Shown piece after piece: positions 34,531 to 43,862 of a DNA stretch of 46,001 bases. The stretch is from Ruminococcus sp. UBA5884 (GTDB lineage Bacteria; Bacillota; Clostridia; Oscillospirales; Ruminococcaceae). The stretch lies in assembly GCA_002431975.1 (NCBI GenBank), contig DJFA01000104.1, positions 5,666-51,666 of the forward strand, given 5' to 3'. The position numbers and the translations under genes are program-made. How positions within the stretch are numbered: the first letter of the stretch is position 1; each line of letters opens with the position of its first letter. Below the pieces are notes generated by a model, which ran no database searches, was not told the origin of the DNA, and saw only the letters and a program-made list of their open reading frames with translations.

Positions 34531-37500
34531 ATATGCTCAGTATTAATGACAATATGAATGCAGATATGATAATTGACGCTCTTAAAGAGGTCGGTATCAA
34601 ACTCTGGACTGAAAACGGAAAGCTCAGATACTCAGCTCCGCAGGGAGCTATGACAGGTGAAATAGTATCTGTCCTTAAAAGCAGAAAAAGCGAGCTTATT
34701 AGCGAACTTGAAAGCAGAAAAAATGAACTCAGGATTGAACATGATGAAGATAACCGCTATGAAAAATTTGCATTGTCAGGTGTTCAGGGTGCTTATCTTA
34801 TGGGAAGCAGCAGAAATATGGAATATGGCGGTGTAGCCTGCCATATCTGTATGGATTTTGAATATGACAGACTCGAAAAACAGAAGGTTCAGCAGGTATG
34901 GAACAGGATAATTTCTGAAAATGATACGCTTCATACTGTTATTACCCGTGACGGCTGGCAGAGAGTGCTTCCTCAGTGGGACGAATTTCAGGTAAATGAA
35001 AATGATTTTACAGCCTTGTCTGCTGAAGATACAGAAAAGGCTCTTGCAGATGTAAGGAAAAGACTCGGCAACAAGGCTTATGAAACATCTGTTTTTCCGC
35101 TGTTTACAATTGAACTTTCACAGTGCAGTGATTGTACAATAATGCATTTTTCAATAAATATGCTTATTGTTGACTGGACAAGCATATGGCTTATGCTCAG
35201 CACCTTTGAAAAATATTATTTTGAAGGCTGCGAAAATGAAAATAAGCTTACAATTACATTCAGGGATTACATGAATGCCTATAAGAATATTGTAAATACG
35301 GACAAATATAAACAGGCAGAGAAATACTGGAAAAGTCGTATAAATGATATTCCGCCTGCACCGCAGCTTCCTGTTCAGGATAACTATGAATATGAATTTG
35401 AACGCTTTGAGCTTGTGCTTTCTGAAAAGCAGTGGTTCAGCTTCAGAACTTTCTCACAGAATGCAGGAGTGACACCTGTTGCAGCTCTTGTTACTGCATA
35501 CAGTTCAGTTCTTGAAAGATTCAGCACAAACAAAAAATTTTCACTCAATCTTACAACACTTAACAGAATGCCGATAGATGAACAGGTTAAATACATAATC
35601 GGTGACTTTACATCACTCAGTCTTATAAGTATGGACAATACAGGTGAAAAGTCATTTGCACAGAGAGCAGCTGAAACAAATAAAACTCTTTTTGAAGCTC
35701 TTGACAATCATCTTTATTCCGGAATTGATGTTATAAGAGAAAAAATAAGACTTGAACCTGAACAGAAATTCCTTATGCCGTATGTTTTCACAAGTTCTGT
35801 GGGACTTATCAAAAATGAGGATTCCGGCAGCATGAGAGGAAAATATAAAGGCGGCATAAGCCAGACTCCTCAGGTATTTATCGATTGTCAGGTAATGGAC
35901 GGTTCATTCGGACTCCGTATCAACTGGGACGTAAGAAAGGGAATATTCCCTGATGGTCTTGCAGAGAGAATGTTCAGCCTTTTCAGAGAAAGACTTGAAT
36001 TTCTTACGGAATCAGAAAATAACTGGAAACAGAGCAGCCTTGTTGAAACAGATGAAAAGGATATCTTTTCTGATGCTGATAATTATGAAAAGCTTCCTGA
36101 ACATCTTCTTCATTCTGAAATACTTAAAGCGGGAAAACTCAATCCGGAAAAAACAGCTGTTATTGATTCTGAAAATAACTGGAGCTATGCTGAACTGCTC
36201 AGTAAAGCCGCAGCAATTGCTCTTGAACTCAGAAAGAATAATGTCAGCGAAGGAAGCAATATTGCCGTTGTTATGCCGAAATCAGCATGGCAGGCTGCTG
36301 CCGTGACAGCAATTCTTTCAGAAAACTGTGCATATGTTCCGATAGATGCAGGTCATGCGGTAAACAGAAGAAATATGATACTTGACAATGCAGGAATAAA
36401 TGTTATAGTTTCAGTTTCAGGCTGCATTGAAGAATCTGATAAATATACAGTTATCTGTGCTGACAGACTTGCAGATGCTGATACCGGTATTCTCAAGGCT
36501 GACGGCGATATAAACAGTACTGCATATATCATACATACATCAGGTTCAACAGGAACTCCTAAGGGCGTAGTCATCACACACAAAGGTGCGGTAAACACAA
36601 TCGAGGATATAAACAGACGCTTCGGAATATCTTCCGATGACAGTATACTCGGACTTTCACAGCTTAACTTTGACTTGTCCGTATATGATATTTTCGGAGT
36701 ACTCTCAGCCGGAGGAACTCTTATATATCCTGATGAAAAGAAATATTCAAATCCGTCACACTGGGCTGAACTCATTGAAAAGCATAATATAACTCTCTGG
36801 AATTCAGTTCCTGCATTTGCACAGATGCTCTGTTCATATCTCAACTCCTCAAAGCAGACTGAATATAAGAATTTTAAGGCTGTAATGCTTTCAGGTGACT
36901 GGATACCGCTTGAGCTTCCTGACAATCTTATAAAATATATGCCAAATGTACGTATTGCCTGCATGGGCGGAGCTACAGAGGCTTCAATCTGGTCAAATAT
37001 TCATGAATACAAGGGTCTTAAACCTGAATGGAAAAGCATTCCTTACGGCAGAGCACTTCTCAATCAGGAAATGTATGTGCTTGATGAAAACCTCAATATC
37101 TGCCCGTATGGCGTAACAGGTGAAATTTGCATAGCAGGATACGGACTTGCAGAAGGTTATCTCAATGACAGGGAAAAAACAGATAAATCATTTGTAACCT
37201 CATCAGACGGAAAGAGGTTCTATAAAACAGGTGATATGGGAAGATATAATTCTGACAATGAAATAGAATTTCTCGGTCGTCTTGATACACAGGTCAAGAT
37301 AAGAGGTCACAGAATCGAACTCGGAGAGATTGAAAGCTGTATAAAATCATATGAATCCGTTGAGAATGCTGTGGTTATCCTTGTAAAAGCTGATTCAGCC
37401 GCAAGACTTACAGCTTTTGTAAAGGTATCTGAAAATACAGATGAAAATGATATCAGAAAATATGCAGAGGATTATATTCCTGACTATATGATACCTGAAT

Positions 37501-37871
37501 GCTTTATATTCATTGATAAAATTCCTCTTTCTCCAAACGGAAAGACTGATATGCACAAGCTTAATGACATGGCATTGAAAAAGCTTTCTGAAAATAAAAA
37601 GGATAAGGAAGATGAGAAAAAGCCTCTTACAGAAACAGAAGAAAAGGTAAGTGCTATTGTTAAGGAAACACTGGGTATTGAAAGCGTTGACCCTGATATC
37701 AATCTTTATGAATACGGGGCTAATTCGCTGGTAATGGCACAGCTTGCAGGAAATCTTGCAGAAATTATCAAAGATGAATCCGCATTTGACAGTATTCTTA
37801 TGAATCTTTTTGAAAATCCGACTGTTCGTTCAGCAGCTTCAGCTATAGACGAAATAAACAGTCAGTCATAA
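34527..37871 (+). CDS. NRPS module dock-Cy-A-T (TubC-N-like docking domain, variant Cy domain, Cys-type adenylation, carrier)
   Basis: The N-terminus ALKEVGIKLWTENGKLRYSAPQGAMTGEI resembles the TubC_N docking domain. Cy motifs: FALSGVQGAYLMGS, NMLIVDWTS (35157-35174) and SQTPQVFID. A-domain motifs: HTSGSTGTPKGV, FDLSVYD, WNSVPA, GGATEASIWS, YKTGD, PNGKTD. T-domain GANSL has its Ser codon at 37725-37727. Confidence 0.9.
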   Translation: MNMLSINDNMNADMIIDALKEVGIKLWTENGKLRYSAPQGAMTGEIVSVLKSRKSELISELESRKNELRIEHDEDNRYEKFALSGVQGAYLMGSSRNMEYGGVACHICMDFEYDRLEKQKVQQVWNRIISENDTLHTVITRDGWQRVLPQWDEFQVNENDFTALSAEDTEKALADVRKRLGNKAYETSVFPLFTIELSQCSDCTIMHFSINMLIVDWTSIWLMLSTFEKYYFEGCENENKLTITFRDYMNAYKNIVNTDKYKQAEKYWKSRINDIPPAPQLPVQDNYEYEFERFELVLSEKQWFSFRTFSQNAGVTPVAALVTAYSSVLERFSTNKKFSLNLTTLNRMPIDEQVKYIIGDFTSLSLISMDNTGEKSFAQRAAETNKTLFEALDNHLYSGIDVIREKIRLEPEQKFLMPYVFTSSVGLIKNEDSGSMRGKYKGGISQTPQVFIDCQVMDGSFGLRINWDVRKGIFPDGLAERMFSLFRERLEFLTESENNWKQSSLVETDEKDIFSDADNYEKLPEHLLHSEILKAGKLNPEKTAVIDSENNWSYAELLSKAAAIALELRKNNVSEGSNIAVVMPKSAWQAAAVTAILSENCAYVPIDAGHAVNRRNMILDNAGINVIVSVSGCIEESDKYTVICADRLADADTGILKADGDINSTAYIIHTSGSTGTPKGVVITHKGAVNTIEDINRRFGISSDDSILGLSQLNFDLSVYDIFGVLSAGGTLIYPDEKKYSNPSHWAELIEKHNITLWNSVPAFAQMLCSYLNSSKQTEYKNFKAVMLSGDWIPLELPDNLIKYMPNVRIACMGGATEASIWSNIHEYKGLKPEWKSIPYGRALLNQEMYVLDENLNICPYGVTGEICIAGYGLAEGYLNDREKTDKSFVTSSDGKRFYKTGDMGRYNSDNEIEFLGRLDTQVKIRGHRIELGEIESCIKSYESVENAVVILVKADSAARLTAFVKVSENTDENDIRKYAEDYIPDYMIPECFIFIDKIPLSPNGKTDMHKLNDMALKKLSENKKDKEDEKKPLTETEEKVSAIVKETLGIESVDPDINLYEYGANSLVMAQLAGNLAEIIKDESAFDSILMNLFENPTVRSAASAIDEINSQS

Positions 37872-37889
37872 TACAGGGCAGGGATTGAT

Positions 37890-38561
37890 ATGAAATTATT
37901 TTGTTTCCCATGGTCGGGAGGAAGCAGCGAATTTTATTTCAGATACAGCAGTATTCTCGGGAATGATATTGAAATAATCCCGATAAATCCTTTGTTTGAT
38001 GATGAAACTCCTTTCAGAGAGGCAATTGCCTCTCTGAAAGAAGAAATTATCAGTAAAACAAAAAAAGATGAAAAGTTTATACTGTTGGGGCACAGTATGG
38101 GAGCAGTGCTTGCATATGAAGCTGCAAAGATGTTATGCAGTGATTCTTATAAATTCGGAGCAGTTTTTTCAGGAATGCTTCCGCCATCAGCAGATATCTT
38201 TGCAAAGCTTGATTCAGAGCTTGACAGGGAAAAAGCCAGAAAATATTCTTCTGAACTCGGAATGAATACGCTTAGTATGCTGCCTGACAGATATCTTGAT
38301 GCAATAACAGAAAAAATGAATCATGATAATCTGCTGCTTAAACGTTATGAAAGCTGCTGCGATATAAAACTTTCAGTGCCTGCGGCAGTGATTTATTCCG
38401 AACAGGAGCAGGAACAGGGCGATATTTCAGACTGGGAGAAAATACTGGCAGGCGATACTGAATATATCAGAGTAAAGGGAAATCATTTTTATCTTACTGA
38501 GGATTTTTCAGCTGTTAAAAATGCCATTATTAATATACGCCATAAGCTTTCAGAAATCTGA
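37890..38561 (+). CDS. Type II thioesterase (Ser nucleophile)
   Basis: 223 aa with CFPWSGGSS, GHSMG (Ser codon 38094-38096) and GNHFYL. Confidence 0.85.
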   Translation: MKLFCFPWSGGSSEFYFRYSSILGNDIEIIPINPLFDDETPFREAIASLKEEIISKTKKDEKFILLGHSMGAVLAYEAAKMLCSDSYKFGAVFSGMLPPSADIFAKLDSELDREKARKYSSELGMNTLSMLPDRYLDAITEKMNHDNLLLKRYESCCDIKLSVPAAVIYSEQEQEQGDISDWEKILAGDTEYIRVKGNHFYLTEDFSAVKNAIINIRHKLSEI

Positions 38562-38590
38562 TAAAAATAATACAAGAGAGAATTTTTTAT

Positions 38591-39334
38591 ATGGAAAATA
38601 AAAAAAACAGCTGGTTCAGATATGCCGGCGGAAAAGGTGAAATAAAAGGAAATATATTCTGTTTTCCTCATGCAGGAAGTTCAGCATCATTTTTTGCAAA
38701 ATGGAAAAGCCTTGCTGAAAACAGCTGTATATATCCGATACAATATCCGGGACGTGAAAACAGACGTTCAGAAAAATGTCCTGTATCTGTTGAAAAACTT
38801 GCATACGATTTTGTGGAGGCTGAAATTGAAACTCTCTGTTCAGAACCGTATATACTTTTTGGTCACTGTATGGGAAGTCTTGCAGCATGGGAGGCTGCAA
38901 AGGAGATGAAACGCAGAAACAAGGCTTTGCCTGAAGCAATAATAGTTTCATCATCTCCGTCACCTGCCCGTGCGGAAATTCAGAAAGCATCTGATATGAG
39001 TGATGAGGAAGCAATAGAAAACCTTTGCAGACTCGGATATATAAGCAGAAGTATTGTTGCAGAAAAGGAATTTTTTGATTATTATATGTCAGTAATGAAA
39101 ACTGACAGAGCCTTGCTTGAAGCCTATGATTACAAAGCTCAGGAAGGAAAGACACTTGAATGCAGAATATATGCTTTCAATGGTAAAAATGATACAGAAG
39201 AGCTTAAAGCTCAGGCTCTTGAATGGAGAGATTTTACTTCCGCAGAATTTGAACAGGTTCTTTTCAGAGGAGGTCATTTTTATCTGAATGAGGATACTGC
39301 ATCAGTTATAAAACAGATTGAATCTTATTTTTAA
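38591..39334 (+). CDS. Type II thioesterase-family protein with Cys in the nucleophile position (GHCMG)
   Basis: 247 aa with CFPHAGSSASFF, YPIQYPGRENR, GHCMG (TGT at 38867-38869) and GGHFYL. Confidence 0.8.
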   Translation: MENKKNSWFRYAGGKGEIKGNIFCFPHAGSSASFFAKWKSLAENSCIYPIQYPGRENRRSEKCPVSVEKLAYDFVEAEIETLCSEPYILFGHCMGSLAAWEAAKEMKRRNKALPEAIIVSSSPSPARAEIQKASDMSDEEAIENLCRLGYISRSIVAEKEFFDYYMSVMKTDRALLEAYDYKAQEGKTLECRIYAFNGKNDTEELKAQALEWRDFTSAEFEQVLFRGGHFYLNEDTASVIKQIESYF

Positions 39335-39425
39335 TCTGTGCTGCTCAATCATCATTGACTGATAAACGAGAGAATTTTTCCCTTGTTTGTTATTGCATAA
39401 TATTATTTAAAGAAAGGAAATCATT

Positions 39426-40124
39426 ATGTCAATCAAAGTAAAAGGGTTAAGAAAAAAGTATGGAAGCGGAAAAGTATCTGCTGAAATACTCAAGGGTATT
39501 GATTTTGAAATAAAGGACGGTGAAGTGCTTGCTATTCTCGGCCCTTCAGGTTCAGGAAAATCGACTTTGCTGAATCTGCTCGGAGGACTGGATTCAGCTG
39601 ATTCCGGAAGCATAGTGATTAACGGAACGGATATCACAAAGCTTTCCGTCAGGGAACTTACAGCATTCAGAAGAAATAATTTCGGCTTTATCTATCAGTT
39701 CTACAACCTTGTATCAGACCTTAATGTCTATGAAAATGTTGAAGTCTGCCACTGGCTCGGTGACCGTTCAGCCGATATAAAATCTGTTCTGGAAAGCGTT
39801 GGAATGTGGGAACACAGAAACAAATTCCCTGATGAACTTTCAGGCGGTATGCAGCAGAGAGTAAGTATTGCAAGAGCAATTTCAAAAAATCCTAAAATTC
39901 TTTTCTGTGACGAGCCTACCGGAGCATTGGATTATAAATCAGCACATGATGTACTGAATGTAATCGAGGATATACATAAAAAATCGGATACTACTGTTAT
40001 ACTTGTCACACATAACAGGGCAATTGCTGATATGTCAGACCATGTAATAGAAATCAAGGACGGAAAAATTGCACTTGATACACATAACAGCAATCCTTTG
40101 TCAGCTAAAGAGGTGGAATGGTAA
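39426..40124 (+). CDS. ABC transporter ATP-binding protein (MacB/FtsE-like)
   Basis: Walker A GPSGSGKST, signature LSGGMQQRVSIARA and Walker B ILFCDEPTGALD. Confidence 0.9.
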   Translation: MSIKVKGLRKKYGSGKVSAEILKGIDFEIKDGEVLAILGPSGSGKSTLLNLLGGLDSADSGSIVINGTDITKLSVRELTAFRRNNFGFIYQFYNLVSDLNVYENVEVCHWLGDRSADIKSVLESVGMWEHRNKFPDELSGGMQQRVSIARAISKNPKILFCDEPTGALDYKSAHDVLNVIEDIHKKSDTTVILVTHNRAIADMSDHVIEIKDGKIALDTHNSNPLSAKEVEW

Positions 40125-42355
40125 TGCCTATAGATAAAAGAATCAAAAGAGAGCTGAAGAAAAACTTTATGAGGTATTTTCTTGCGGCTCTGATATTGTT
40201 TTTTGGAATTACAATGATTTCAGCATTTTTTTCATCTACTGACGGTATACTTGATACTCTCAGCTCTGAAAGAGAAAAATGCAGTATTGAAGATGCAAAT
40301 GTTACACTTGTAAGTAAGCTTAGCGATGAAAATGAAAAAAAACTTGAGGAATATGGAGTTAAAAAGCTTGAAAATACAAGTTATGCCGACCTTAATGCTT
40401 TTGATGATGAAGATTATGAACTCAGAGTTTTTAAAGTAAGAACTGAAGTTGACAAGCTTACTGTTACAGAAGGCAGTCTGCCTGAAAAAACTGATGAAAT
40501 AGCTCTTGAAGAAAAGACTGCGGCTGCAAAGGAAGTTTCTGTCGGTGATAAGTTTGATGTTGACGGCAAGGAATATGTAATCAGCGGAATTGTAAATGTA
40601 GTTGATTACAATAATGTTCTTAAAAGTGTTACATCAGGAGTATCAAACTTTGATGTTTTCGGAGTCGGATTTGTTTCAGAGGATTCATTCAAGGATATTT
40701 CAAGTGACAAGATAACAATTCAGTACAGCTTCACAGCTGAAAATGAAGATGATATTGATTCAGTTTCGGATTATCTCAAAGATGAAAATCTTATGATGAG
40801 TATTCTTAAAAGAACAGATAACCCGAGAATAAAATCAATTGATGACAAAACAGCTACCATGAAGGCAGAAGTAACTCTTATAGGAATTGTATTCATCTTC
40901 CTTATATCATTTATTTTCTATGTTATGTCATCAGCTTCAATTGAAAAGGACAGTACATTTATAGGCACACTTTTTTCAATGGGATATACAAGAGGCGAAA
41001 TAGTAAGGCATTATCTGAAACTTCCGCTTATTGTTACAATAATAGCATCAGTGGGCGGTATGCTTACAGGAACGCTCTGTCTTTCTGAATCAATCGGAAA
41101 AACATCATACAGCAGCTATTCACTGCCGTCATTTGCAGGAAAGATAAATGCATATCTTGTAGTACTCTGCTGTATTATGCCGTTTGTAATCCAGCTTGTA
41201 ACAAATGGTCTGCTGCTCAGCAAAAGACTTAATATTACTCCTGTAAAGCTTATGCGTGGAAAAACAATGTCCGGCAAGGGTTTCAGGAAAGTAAAGCTTG
41301 AAAACAAGTCATTCCCTGTAAAGATGTATATAAGAATAATGCTCAGAGGTCTTAAAAATCAGCTTGTTCTTTTCCTTGGAATATTCATTGCAATGTTTTT
41401 CCTTGTTATGGGATTTGGAATGAAGGATACACTTAAAGAATATGTAAAAGACGTTGACAGCAACAGTATGTATGAATATGCTTATATACTCAAAGCACCA
41501 TGCGAGCCTGAAAATGATGATGCTGACTATCAGAAGGTAACAATCGGAGGATTTCAGGTTACATATTCAGGAATAAATATGAAACTCAATGTATACGGAT
41601 ATGAAGACGGCGAAGGCGTTGACAGTATATCAAAGAACAAAGATGAAATAGTTATTTCTGACAGCACAGCCTCAAAACTTTCACTTAAAAAAGGTGATGA
41701 TTTTGAGATATATTCAACAGAACTGAAAAAGAACTTTACTCTTAAAGTAACAGATATAGTTCATGACCCTGTAGGACTCACTGCATTTATGGACAGAACT
41801 GCACTTAATGAAATTCTTGAAAAAGATGATGCGGAAAATTATTATAATGCACTTGTTTCAGATGAGGAGCTTGATATTTCTGAGGCTTATGTTGCTGAAA
41901 CAATGTCACATAGTGTAAACAAGCTTGCAGCAGAGGAAATGGACAGCATGATGCAGACAATGATAATGATGCTTATATTTATGGCAGTTGTTGTATTTGC
42001 AGCTGTAATGTTCATTCTGCTTAAAATGATTATTGAAAAGAGTTCATATTCAATTTCACTTATGAAGATATTCGGATATACAGACAAGGAAAACAATCAT
42101 TTCTATCTTAACAGTTTCTTTATAACAATAATCATATCGCTTGCAGTTTCAATGCCTGTTGATGTAATACTCTTCAAATCGGTATGGCCTATGCTCAATG
42201 CGAACCTTGTCGGATTTGTACCTGTAAAGATGTATCCTGTTACATATCTGATTATTTTTGCGTTTGGTCTTGCAGTATACTTTATTGTAACACTGCTGCT
42301 CAGAGCAAAACTCAAAAGAATACCTATGAATCTTATACTTAAACAAAGGGATTAA
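40124..42355 (+). CDS. ABC transporter permease with two FtsX/MacB-type halves
   Basis: About 743 aa. The unit of one TM helix, a roughly 200-aa extracytoplasmic domain and three TM helices occurs twice. The ATG at 40124 is 7 nt after GAGGTGG (TAATG overlap). The track's ATG at 40118 is 1 nt after the RBS. Confidence 0.85.
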   Translation: MPIDKRIKRELKKNFMRYFLAALILFFGITMISAFFSSTDGILDTLSSEREKCSIEDANVTLVSKLSDENEKKLEEYGVKKLENTSYADLNAFDDEDYELRVFKVRTEVDKLTVTEGSLPEKTDEIALEEKTAAAKEVSVGDKFDVDGKEYVISGIVNVVDYNNVLKSVTSGVSNFDVFGVGFVSEDSFKDISSDKITIQYSFTAENEDDIDSVSDYLKDENLMMSILKRTDNPRIKSIDDKTATMKAEVTLIGIVFIFLISFIFYVMSSASIEKDSTFIGTLFSMGYTRGEIVRHYLKLPLIVTIIASVGGMLTGTLCLSESIGKTSYSSYSLPSFAGKINAYLVVLCCIMPFVIQLVTNGLLLSKRLNITPVKLMRGKTMSGKGFRKVKLENKSFPVKMYIRIMLRGLKNQLVLFLGIFIAMFFLVMGFGMKDTLKEYVKDVDSNSMYEYAYILKAPCEPENDDADYQKVTIGGFQVTYSGINMKLNVYGYEDGEGVDSISKNKDEIVISDSTASKLSLKKGDDFEIYSTELKKNFTLKVTDIVHDPVGLTAFMDRTALNEILEKDDAENYYNALVSDEELDISEAYVAETMSHSVNKLAAEEMDSMMQTMIMMLIFMAVVVFAAVMFILLKMIIEKSSYSISLMKIFGYTDKENNHFYLNSFFITIIISLAVSMPVDVILFKSVWPMLNANLVGFVPVKMYPVTYLIIFAFGLAVYFIVTLLLRAKLKRIPMNLILKQRD

Positions 42356-42368
42356 TATGAAAATCATG

Positions 42369-42390
42369 GGGCGGGCAATGCCCGCCCTTT
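42369..42390 (+). terminator. GC-rich hairpin with a short T tract (weak terminator or attenuator inside the cluster)
   Basis: GGGCGGGC-AAT-GCCCGCCC followed by only TTT. It lies between the permease and the T-C gene. Confidence 0.45.
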
Positions 42391-42416
42391 GAAAATAACA
42401 GACTGGGAGCTGAAAA

Positions 42417-43862
42417 ATGGAAGACAAAATAAAAGCAGTTACGGATATCTGGGGAGATGTTTTCGGAAAGGAAAATACAAATCCCGATGATAATTTTTTT
42501 GACCTCGGCGGAGATTCTATCATGGCTCTTAAAATGATGGAGCTTCTCAGACGCAAAGGCTATACAATAAGCCTTATGGATGTTTTTGATGACCCTACTC
42601 TTGAGGGCATAATTGAAGCAGTTGTTTCCATTGAAAAGGATTCATCTGCAAATACCCTGACTGAAGAACAGCAGAATACATATCCTGCCTCGAATCAGCA
42701 GAAATGGTTTTTTAAGAATATAAGAACAGGCAGAGATGAATGGTGTGAATATGTTATTCTCTCGCCAAAAAATGAAAAATTTCCTGCTCCTGAAAGAGCA
42801 GCTGAATTTCTGTTTGAAAACAGGCTTTTCAGAAATTACAGTATGGTATTTAAGAATAATGAACTGTATTTTGAAGTATCTGATAAAATGCCGCCGGTTA
42901 TTTGTACTGATAACTTTTCCGTTGATGAATGCAGGAGAATTATGAGTGAAAATATCCGTATCAAAGACGGCATAACAAGCTGTATGGTCTATGATAAATC
43001 AGGAAATATTGCTCTTATAATACACCATCTTTTTTCAGATGCAGTGTCCATTCAGAATATTATAAGTGTTCTTGATGAATATGAAACTGAATCCGACTAT
43101 ACCGATATGCTTTATGCAACTTATGCCTGGAAAAAGCATGATGAGGAAAACAGTACTCCTTTTGATATTAAATTGTATGATGAGGATAATAATGCAGAAT
43201 ACCTGTCTGCTGAAAGGACAGTCATATCAGATACAGCCATATACGACAAAATTACGGAAATATCGCATGAATGGGGAGTTACACCGGAGTGTCTGCTTCT
43301 CAGTGTTCTGAAAGAAGCTTCAGAGAATATTCTCATGTCACCTGTTATAGAAATTGAAAGAATAGGCAGGGATATTTCAGGAGAATGGAACAGAATATGC
43401 GGCTGGATAAGCTATTCAAGAAATATCAGTTTTTCAGATATAAACGGCTGTGAAATCAGGGAAAATGCCCGTATTATTCATGAGATTCTCAGCAAGCCTT
43501 CAAAAGATGATGAAGATACTGTACTCAACAAGCCGGTTTCTTCACTTTCATGGAACTATATCGGCAATATGGACAGCAGCATTGATTTTAATAACTGCAT
43601 GATAAGCGGTTTTGGTCAGTTCAGCGGTGAGAAATCAGGACGCTTTTCGCCTGCATACTGTGCAGTTTATTTCAGGGACGGAAAACTTGTATGCAGTATA
43701 AACTATGATTCTTTGAAATACAGCGGCGAAGATACAGAGAAATTGCAGAAAAATATACTTACAGCTCTTGAAAATCTGATTTCAGGCTTTGAAATGAAAA
43801 AAAATGAGGAATTAAGCTCTATCTATGAAATATTAGGAGGAATCAGTATTGAAGATAATTAA
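42417..43862 (+). CDS. Carrier protein-condensation (T-C) didomain protein
   Basis: 481 aa with FFDLGGDSIMALKM (Ser codon 42516-42518) followed by a C domain carrying HHLFSDAVS (43023-43040). Confidence 0.85.
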   Translation: MEDKIKAVTDIWGDVFGKENTNPDDNFFDLGGDSIMALKMMELLRRKGYTISLMDVFDDPTLEGIIEAVVSIEKDSSANTLTEEQQNTYPASNQQKWFFKNIRTGRDEWCEYVILSPKNEKFPAPERAAEFLFENRLFRNYSMVFKNNELYFEVSDKMPPVICTDNFSVDECRRIMSENIRIKDGITSCMVYDKSGNIALIIHHLFSDAVSIQNIISVLDEYETESDYTDMLYATYAWKKHDEENSTPFDIKLYDEDNNAEYLSAERTVISDTAIYDKITEISHEWGVTPECLLLSVLKEASENILMSPVIEIERIGRDISGEWNRICGWISYSRNISFSDINGCEIRENARIIHEILSKPSKDDEDTVLNKPVSSLSWNYIGNMDSSIDFNNCMISGFGQFSGEKSGRFSPAYCAVYFRDGKLVCSINYDSLKYSGEDTEKLQKNILTALENLISGFEMKKNEELSSIYEILGGISIEDN

